Below, one piece after another: positions 1 through 64,000 of a stretch of DNA of 64,000 nt. Position 1 is the first letter of the stretch. Every line of letters starts with the position of its first letter. The notes under the pieces were generated by a model that searched no databases, was not told where the DNA came from, and saw only the letters and a program-made list of their open reading frames with translations. The stretch covers positions 46,562,001 through 46,626,000 of the forward strand of contig CM052851.1 in assembly GCA_028534125.1 (NCBI GenBank), written 5' to 3'. A program made the position numbers and the translations under genes. Source of the stretch: Lama glama. Its lineage: Eukaryota.

Positions 1-512
1 TGATTTGTAATTGTTGTTTTATGCATTTGTCTTTTAAATCACATGGGAAAAAAAGGAGTTACAAACCCAAAATAACAATACTGCTGCCTTTTATATTTAC
101 CTATGTGTTTACCTTACTAAGGTTCTTTATTTCTTTGTGTGGCTTTGAGTTACTGTCTAGTGCCCTTTAATTTCAGCCTGAAGGATTACTTTTGGCATTT
201 CCTGTAAAGCAGGTCTACTAGCTTGCAAACTCCTTCAGTTTTTGTTTATCTGGGAATGTCTTAGTTTCTCGTCCACTTTTGAAGGATGTTTTTGCCACAT
301 ATAGAATGCTTGTTTGACATGTGTTTTTTGTTTGTTTTTTTCCTTTCAGCACTTTAAATATTATAACATTCTACTGCCTTCTGGCCTCAGTGGTTTCTGA
401 TGAGAAATCATCAATTAATAATGTTGAAGATCTTTTGTATATGACGAATCACTTCAGTCTTTGTCTTTGTCTTTTGATAGTTTGATTATAATGTTTCTCA
501 GTGAAGATCTTT

Positions 513-635
513 GTTATTGTTGTTGGGGGGGTAATTAGGCCTATTTACTTATTTTTAGAGATGATACTGGGGATTGAACCCAGGACCTTGGCATGCTAAG
601 CATGCAGCTCTACCACTTGAGCTATACCCTCCCCA
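513..635 (-). mobile_element. tRNA-Ala-derived camelid SINE (Vic-1-like)
   Basis: Reverse complement GGGGAGGGTATAGCTCAAGTGGTAGAG...GGTTCAATCCCCAG plus A-rich tail; TSD cagtgaagatcttt (499-512) / cagtgaggatcttt (636-649). Confidence 0.88.
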
Positions 636-1247
636 CAGTGAGGATCTTTTTGAGTTTTTCCTACCTGGAATTTATTGAGCTTTTTGGTTGTGAAGATTCA
701 TATCTTTTATCAAGATGGGCACATTTTGGGTCATTATTTCTTCAGATATTCTTTTTGTCCCTCTCTTGCCTCTTCTTTTGGGATTTGCACTATGCATATG
801 TTGGTCCATTTGATGGTGTCCCATAAGTTTCACAGGCTCTGCTCATTTTTCTTTTTCTTTTTTTCCTTTCTGCTCCTCAAACTGGATAATCTCGATTAAT
901 CTGTCTTCAGGTTTGCTGATTCTTCTTTTCTGCCTGTTCAAATCTGCTGTTGACCCCTCTAGGGAATTTTTCATATCAATTTTATACTTTTCAACTCCAT
1001 AATTTCTATTTGGTCCCTTTTATGATTCCCGTCTCTTTATTCATATTTTCTACTTGGTGAAATGTTATTCTGGTTTCCTTCAGTTCTTTGAGCATATTTA
1101 AAACAGTTGATTAAAGCCTTTGTCTATTAAGTCCAATAGTCTGGGCTTCCTCAGGGAAAATTTTCATTAATTTTTTTCTTCCTGTGAATGGACCACACTT
1201 TCTTGTTTCTTTGCAAGTCTCATAATTATTTTGTTGAAAACTAGACT

Positions 1248-1508
1248 ACTTTTAATTGAAGTACAGTTAATTTACAATGTAGTGTTAGTTTCAGGTGAAC
1301 AGCAAAGTGATTCAGTTATATATAAACATATAACTTTATATATATGTATAAAGAATATATATATATATTCTTTTTCATATTCTTTTCCACTAAAGATTAT
1401 TACAAGATATTGAATATAGTTTCCTGTGCTATGCAGTTGGTCCCTGTTGTTTCTCTGTTTTATATATGGCAGTGTGTATCTGTTAATCTCAAACTCCTAA
1501 TTCATCCC
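1248..1508 (-). mobile_element. 5'-truncated young L1 3' end (cetartiodactyl type)
   Basis: ttttaattgaagtacagtt...caagatattgaatatagtt...; flanked by ctagac-type direct repeats; similar to 32465-32700. Confidence 0.75.
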
Positions 1509-3239
1509 TAGACATTTTAATTATTATAAAGTGACAACTCTGGAAGTCAGATTCTACCCCTCCCCAGGGTTTGTCGCTACTGCTTGCCGTGAACTGAAGT
1601 TTTGTTTAGTGACTTGTCTAAACGATTTTTGGGAAGACTGCGTTCTTTGTTGTGTGTGGTCACTGAAGTCTCTAACACACCTGGAACCAACAATCAAAAC
1701 AAACAAAAAAACCTTCAATCTTTGCAGCTGGGCTGTATGTGTGTGTTGGGGCATGACTTCAGTGCTCAGTCAGGTCATTTAAAACCCTGCCTTAGCCTCC
1801 ACGTCCTGTCTGCATGGGGCTGGAGATCAGTCAGAAGTGAGAGCTTGAAGTCTTCTCAAGCTTCTTCTGAACAGTCACCCAACCCTGGGCATGTACATGA
1901 TCTCCAGATTCCCCAGTACATGCAGGAGTTTTTTAAAGCCCCTTTTCCCTGAAGCATCTCATTCCTCTGCCTTTGCTTCGGGCTTTTTGGAGTGTCTGTT
2001 GTTTGTTCCAATTGATTATTATTTTTCCACAGGTGGCAACATGGCTTTGGATGTCTTTGACCAATGCCCTCCATAGCTTCGTCTCCACCCTAGGGAAGTC
2101 TCTAGTTAGGGAATAAAGATAAGCCCTTTGCATTATCTCTGCAGGGAGATCCCAGACAGGCTAAAACAATCACAATTCTTTAATAACAAGGTCTGTTCTG
2201 CCCCCTCTGACCCAATAATCACACCAGGGATACCGGCTGCCATCCTCAAGGTGGGAGGTGGGGGAGGATGGGTAGGTTAAAGCAGCACAAAGCTCTCCTG
2301 CTGGGTTTCAGTCACTTTTCTCTTCATTATATTTTCAGATGGTTACTGTAAACCTTTGCATATTTTCTTGAGTTCTAGTATAGCTGCTTCTGACAGTTTT
2401 GCTGTGTTTTTCGTATTTCTGTAAGGAAATGGGTTCTTGGAGTTCTCTACTCTGCCATATTTGCTGACATCACTTGCTGATGACAGTTGGCGTAGTTATT
2501 TCCTGAAAGCTTTTGGTCGCAACTTGCTGTGTATCCTAGGGTAAGTCCTGTTGCCACTTCTGAACCTGTCTCCCTGTCTGTACAGTGGGTGGCCAGAATT
2601 GAGCCAGATGGTGGTGTGGTGGGGGTGGGAGCAGCACTATGAGTCTGTGTGAGGCATGATGGAAGTACAGAGAAGGTAGTAAGGTGTGGGGACCAGGGAG
2701 CACATGGCTAGGTGGAGCCTTGGTGGTTGCGTGGGGGCAGGGAAGAGGATGGTGGGGTGGAGCATTCCTGGCATAGGACTCAGCACAGGCCAAGGTGGGA
2801 GGCCTTATCCTGTGAGGCCAGGCAGGAAGAGACTAGGCTGGAGTAGCAGTGAGACCTGGCTCAGGGAGAGGATCTGGTGTGACGCCAGGGCGGGTCTTGG
2901 GGGCATGAGACCTGCCTCTCAGAACTGCTGTGCAGCCACCTGCAGGGAAGGGGCCTATTCCCAGGCTTCAGCTCAGGGGTGGCCTGGATGCAGGGGATTG
3001 AGCAGTGGGTCTGGGTCAGGTAGGTTCAGGCTCTCAGTGCTTTACTGAGTCTCTCTTGAGGGGCCTCTCTCCATCCACAAGAACTGTTTTACATCTCTTC
3101 CTTCTTACCTCTGCTCTTCTGTGCTTTGCTATTCCCTTTCCTGGAACACCCTTTCCCGTCATGTCTGCCTGAAAAATCACAACACCTGGGTGTCATCCTT
3201 CACATGACTTGCTCGGTTACTAACAGCCAACACTCATAC

Positions 3240-3440
3240 CACATTTGCTCTAACAGGCACCTGTCTGAATGAGTTACGCACATTAACCTCACAAGCACCT
3301 CATGAAGTACCGTCATTCTGCCATCTGACAAAGAAACAGAGGCACATGGAGGTTAAGGAACTTGCCCAGGGTCACACAGCATGTGAATGGCCTTGCCAGT
3401 ATTGAACCAGTGTTGGCTCCCGAGTCCAACCTCTTAGCAG
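3240..3440 (-). mobile_element. MIR SINE
   Basis: gaaacagaggcac...ggttaaggaacttgcccagggtcacacagc. Confidence 0.6.
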
Positions 3441-4639
3441 CCATGCTAGCCTCTCTCTCTAAGGTGACTCTGTCCCTTGTCTGGTGATGCCATCCTTGTC
3501 TGCATCTGAGTCTATCCACCCCCCAGGCTGGAAGCTCTGAGGACAGTGTCCCCTAAGCTTGAGTCTGAGCCTGTGAATATCGGTTAAATGGACAGATGGA
3601 AGGATGACTGGGGTCCCTGGAATCCCTGGAAGCTCACCACCAACACTTCCCTCTGTCTAAGGGTCTCATTCCTGGCTTCCATGGACTCGCATGGGTAGGT
3701 GGGCAGGGGGATGTGTGCTTGTTCTGGGCTTGACTGGGGGAAGGACCCCTTCTGAGGGCATAGTCCCTGAGAGGGCACAGGAAGTGGGTGAGAATCATTG
3801 TCAGCTGTGTGCTGGGTGGCAGAGCGCTGGGTCCTCGAGGCTGGGATGGGATGGGATAGAAGGAGGCCTGGTCCAGTGGGGCAGCTCAGAGCTCTGTGTG
3901 AGGCATCACCATCTCCTTCCTTGCCACTCCCCCTGCTCCCTCCTGTGGTTTGCTTGTATGTTCTGGAAGCAGTTGGGCCCCCAGGACTCCAGACACTGCT
4001 CACAGCCAAAAATGAGGCCTTAAAGAGAGAACAGAAGACAAAAGGGGAGGAAGACACAGATAAGTAGAGATTGGGAAGAAGGTGGGAGTAGGAGGTCACA
4101 GGGCCTGGGCGTTCCACACCTTCTGGATGGGACGGTGGCCACTGTGGCTCTTGGCCCAGCATGGACCCAAGCCTGTGCCCAGGCCTGTGTGGCTGCCAGG
4201 ACACAGGAGCCCACTGCAGGGTGAGCTCTGAGCCATTAGGGGTGGCTCCCTGTGCTGGGGAACCAGGGATGCCCTTCCCCAGGCCTCAGTGCCTCCTTTT
4301 TGGGGTGGAGATCACCAGTTGGCTGGCCTCAGACCAGAGACAGACTCGTAGGGTGCTCTCTCCCCAGAGGCCCCCCACCTCAAGATTTTTATCTGCCCTC
4401 ACTCCCCAGAGGCAGCCAGTGGGCTAGAAAGATCTTTGGCGCACCTTCTCTTTAGTCTTAAAAATTCACGAAGTTTATTGCATTTTACTCCATAACATCC
4501 CATGTTTCTTTCAATAGAAAACATACTGATTTTCTCTAAAACTGCAGTCAAGGTGAAGTTCCAGGTGCCTGGTTTATGCTGAGGCCTGCAGCTCGTTCCC
4601 AGGTGCCGCCTCTGCAGTCCCGGTGAAGCCGGTCTGGAA

Positions 4640-5345
4640 TCCCCAACGATGCTGGGGTGTCCGGGGCCAGGATGGTAGAGGGATGGGTTGGCGCCCCCTC
4701 CCCGATCCCGCCCGCGGGCGTCACCTAAGCCGCCGTTGCCATGGGCCCGCGGCAGATGGCCGGGTTTAGGGTTCCCTGGCGGGCGGCGCGCACGGGATTA
4801 GGTGAATTAGGGAGGCCGAGCCGTGCCGTTGCCGTAGCCGCCGCCAGGCCCTCCGCGTCATGGAGCCCTCTGCCCACGCCGCCGAATCCGACAACCCCGC
4901 CGACCCCGCCGACCCCGCCGACCCCGCCGAGGCGCGCGCCAAGCAGCCCGGCAAGTGGGCGCTGCTGCGCAGCCTGAACCAGGCACTGAAGACCTACGCG
5001 GTCCTGCCGGTGAGGCCCTGGCTGGGAGGGGGAGCGGGAGGAGGGCCCCGCCCAGGGCCTCCGTCGCCCGGCCTGTTGGGAGCCTTGGGAGCCACAGGGT
5101 TACAAAGCCCCAAGGTGCACGCAGACCCGGGCCCCTCGGGGTTACTCTGGTCCCAAACTCCCAGCATAAACTTGGCCCCCTCACCCCACCTGCCCCTGGG
5201 TGGGGCGGAAAGTTTTGCATCTGGAAAATAGGAGGTGGGCGGGCCAGCGTCTGGGAAAGCAGTGAGTGAGGGGCTCTGTAGAAGTTTGTGCACTGGCTGA
5301 CCTGATAGCAGAAGGACAGGGGCGCGCGGGCCCCTCTACCAGGGA
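4640..5345. promoter_or_regulatory. CpG island / putative internal promoter
   Basis: Dense CpG and GC boxes relative to flanks; CAGATG E-box 4753-4758; GGGATTAG (CTAATCCC) about 4794-4801; GAATTAG about 4804-4810. Confidence 0.75.
4860..5009 (+). CDS. MYO7A: Candidate alternative first coding exon of MYO7A (50-aa N-terminal extension)
   Basis: ATG in context gtcATGg; 150 nt open; ends CCG|gtgagg at phase 0, matching the phase-0 start of exon 3; lies in a CpG island. Confidence 0.7.
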
Positions 5346-8282
5346 AGGTTAGCAACTGGACACTTCCTTGCTCACAGGTGCCCCTGGCAAATCAGTTGGA
5401 CCATCTTTCCCACCTGTGAAAATGGGGCTAATATAACCAGTGTCCCAGAGTGATTATCAGGATAAGTGAGGGGGGAAAACGTCCTGAAACAGACTCCTTT
5501 TCAATCCATAAACAGGGGCTGAGCCCCAGGCCCTGCCCCAGAGGAGGAAAGAGGCATAAAAGGCTAAGGCCCTGTGGGGAGTTAATTCTGCTCTGATACT
5601 GGGCTCATGCCTGGGAGGGAAGGCGGATGGACACCAAGGATGTCTTCCGTTTGTACTCCTCTCTCATCTTCACAAGCACTGAGTCCCTTGCATTTTAAGG
5701 CTGGTGAACCCCAAGGTCCAGAGAGACTGAAAAACTTACCCAAAATCACACAGCATTAGTTGTAGAACTGGGCTGGAACTTGCCCCAGGTTACACAGCCA
5801 TCTTGAGGCAGGTGTCCCATCACAAATGGGAATTTTGATTCCAGATGAGGTCCCTAGTAGGGTGCCCCTCACAGTAGGATGTTAGGAATGGGGCCAGATG
5901 CAGTCATGGGCTGCCTGGCATCTGGCCATGGGGATGGGAAGAGCTGGTAGGGTCAGACCTGGGCCCAGTGTCCCTTTCCTCTCTTCCCTCTTCCTGCCCC
6001 TCGAAAAAGTGTCATGTTCTTTTACATCTTCCTTGCTCCTCTCCTTCCCTCACCCAGCCAGGGACTCTTAACCCTCCCTGTTTTTGGTCCAGGCTCTGCC
6101 TTGCAGATGCTCACAGTCTCATCAGTTACCAATTTGATGGGGGACTGTGGCCAAGTTCCTTTCTCTCTTTGGACCTCAGTTTACTCATCTGTAAAATGAG
6201 GAGTCTTACAACCCAGCTGCATTCTGATGCCCCAAGGACTTTCCTGGGGACCATGGGAACTGTCCCCCTCAGAAGTTCTCAGGCTCTAGACTCCTCCCTG
6301 AAGCTATCACTTTAGCCTCTTTTCTCAGGTTCTGGCTGAGAGCAAAGAAAATTAAGTCACTGCCCTCCTGGTGAGAGTCATCAGCTCCCAGTGTTCTAGT
6401 CACTTCTGTTTGCTGTGCTGCCCTCAGTTGAAGCTTTCAGCTTGCCTTTTGGGCCTGTGAACCGTCCACGGCCAGGGACCCTGTCAGTGCTTCCTGTTCT
6501 GCTCACAGAGCTCGGTTCAGGGCTGGGCCCAGGGGATGTCAGGAGAGAGCACTGGATTTGGAGTTTGAGCTTCGTTCCTGGCTCTACCACAAAACGCCTG
6601 TGTGGCCTTGGGCATGTTTCTTGTGGGAGATGAAGTAGAGATAGAATCCCCTGCCTAAGCAACATGGTCATGAGGTTCAAGGAGATAGTTAATTACAGGG
6701 AAGCACCTACCTGGCCTGCTGCGAGGGTCTCGAGTCAGCAGAGAGCAGCGTCCTGGTACCACTGCGTGCCAGGGCTGGCCCCCAGCAATCAGGCAGTCTC
6801 TCTCACATGCACTCTGTCACATGCTCCCTCTTACACACTCACACACATGCTCACCTACACACTCTCTCACATATATGCTCACACTCTCTTACTGAGAGAA
6901 AAACTGTTTCTCTGTGCTTGTTCTGGGGAATCACAGATGGAAGACTCAGACCAAAACCCACCCACAAAGGGCTGCAGGCACATGAGGGATGGACGCAGAG
7001 GGTGGTGACCCAGCATGGTGCTGGCTGTAAGGGGCAAGTCTGGGTCCCCGAGCCCTGAGAAGTGCCTGCCTTCTCTACACAGCAGCTGGAGTGAAGTTCT
7101 GAAAATGTAAATCCATCATGCCATTCTTCTGTTTAAAACCTTCCCCTGGCTTCTAGTCATACTTCAAAGCAAGTCCTTCTGCCCCTGGCTTGCAGGGCGC
7201 TATGTGACCTGGTGCTGCCCACATCCTCCAAGGCCCTCCCTCATCTCACTCCAATCTGGGCCTGCCCTTAGTAGACACTCTGCTTTCCCATCTCCTCACT
7301 GCTCTAGTCCCAGAGTCTAGAATGAACCCGGCCCATGGTGGGCTCCCCACAAACATGTACTGAAGGAATGAATGAACTCTTCATGAGTTGGGGAGGAGGA
7401 GGAGGAAGGTGGGACAGTGGGGAGGGTCCAGAGAAGAGCTGCTGTTTGCTCTGGGTCTGGACAGATGGGGTGGTGGTCCACTCAGTGGAAAGGTGGGGTG
7501 GGATGGGGGGCAGGTGGAGCTGAACAGCCAGAGCAGGAGTAGGTCAGGTGGTCCATGGGCTGGACTTCGAGAGGGTGAGGAGTGTGGCAGGAAGCACAGC
7601 TTGGACCTGGGACTAAAGCAGTCCTGAGGATTAAATGGAAGCAGCCGTGTAGCCTGGGCACACAGTAGGTGCTCAGCAAACATGTGAGTTCTCCTCCCCT
7701 CCCAAGGTGCTCCAGTTTTTCTTACTTCTGGGAGAAACCTTGAGTTTGAAGCTAGACTGTTTCTGACATTGGCTAACCTCCCATGACATGGAGGCCCACG
7801 ATGGCCACTGTGGCTGAAAATGGGTGGTTCCGAGGGGAACAGGAGGCCGAAACAGTGATGAGTCAGCCTCGGGACTCGCTTCTTTAGGACAGGCGGGAAG
7901 TGGTTTGGGTGCCCCAGTGTTTCTGCCTAAACCTCAGTGGGTTTGAGTGTGTGGCATAGAGCCTTAGGGAGAGCTGGGCTTGGACAGGCCTGCATTTGAA
8001 GCTGCCCAATTGCGTGGTCTCGGCTCTTGATCTCTGGGCCTCCGCTTACTTATTTGTGAACTGGGGACAGTAGTGGCTGCCATAGAGGAGGGACTGATGA
8101 CACTGCATAAGTGCCCAGCCCAGGGCCTGGCACCATGGCTTCCACAAGTGAGCTCCCTTTTCTTCCGTCTTCTGTGGTTGGCGTAAGAGCCTCTGTGGTG
8201 GTGGGACAGGCACCGGACTGCCTGGAAGGGATGCCCGATCCTTGTCCCTGCTCACTGGTCTGGGACTCTCTCTCACCCACAG

Positions 8283-63856
<55,574 letters not shown>

Positions 63857-64000
63857 TGAAGGAACAGGCTTCCTTGGGGAAACAGGGGGCAGCCATGATG
63901 CCTCTTGCCCATCACCCCCACCTTTGCCCCTATCCTCCTGCCTCTCAGTGGAGTTAGGGCTTGGTCAAGAGGCCATAGACTTCTTGGGTCAGGAGCCCTT

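Larger units (their letters stand above)
1..2480 (-). mobile_element. Old LINE-1 fragment (ORF1/5' region), interrupted by younger insertions
   Basis: T-rich sequence typical of antisense L1M (e.g. tttcagcctgaagg...gcaggtctacta...tttatctgggaatgtctt); boundaries approximate. Confidence 0.7.

Noticed and set aside
565-635. tRNA-Ala-like sequence (also 31960-32028)
   Set aside because: Has an A-rich tail, a TSD and a degenerate cloverleaf, so it is a SINE head rather than a tRNA gene.
3584-4204. 206-aa minus-strand ORF divergent from the CpG island
   Set aside because: No recognisable domain, P/S/G-rich random-like composition and no splice support; at most promoter-upstream noncoding transcription.
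1-8282. Canonical MYO7A exons 1-2 (MVILQQ)
   Set aside because: No matching ATG-exon found by eye; they probably lie upstream of the window.

Overview
Mammalian genomic DNA covering most of MYO7A (unconventional myosin VIIa, the USH1B/DFNB2 gene) on the + strand. tRNA-Ala-derived Vic-1-type SINEs point to a camelid. I traced 39 consecutive coding exons, equivalent to human exons 3-41 (numbering and lengths from my recall of the human gene). They run from 8283 to 63820 with consistent splice phases and encode the motor, IQ, SAH, MyTH4-FERM1, SH3 and MyTH4-2 regions plus the start of FERM2. Canonical exons 1-2 (MVILQQ start) were not found and probably lie upstream; exons 42 onward lie downstream. 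Exons 9 and 23 are partly hidden by N-gaps. Main points: (1) a CpG-island candidate alternative first exon (ATG 4860, donor after 5009) that would splice in frame to exon 3 and add a 50-aa N-terminus, next to CRX/OTX-type, Q50-homeodomain and E-box motifs; (2) two frame-preserving candidate micro-exons (54 and 45 nt) in intron 15 that would insert into actin-binding loop 2, one of them strongly basic; (3) a U12 AT-AC intron 38 with a non-consensus donor; (4) the 114-nt alternative acceptor of exon 35; (5) three solo LTRs, L1/L2/MIR fossils, a consensus RFX X-box, a CTCF site and a (TG)n/(CA)n fold-back. Most entries in the ORF track are spurious intronic or antisense ORFs.
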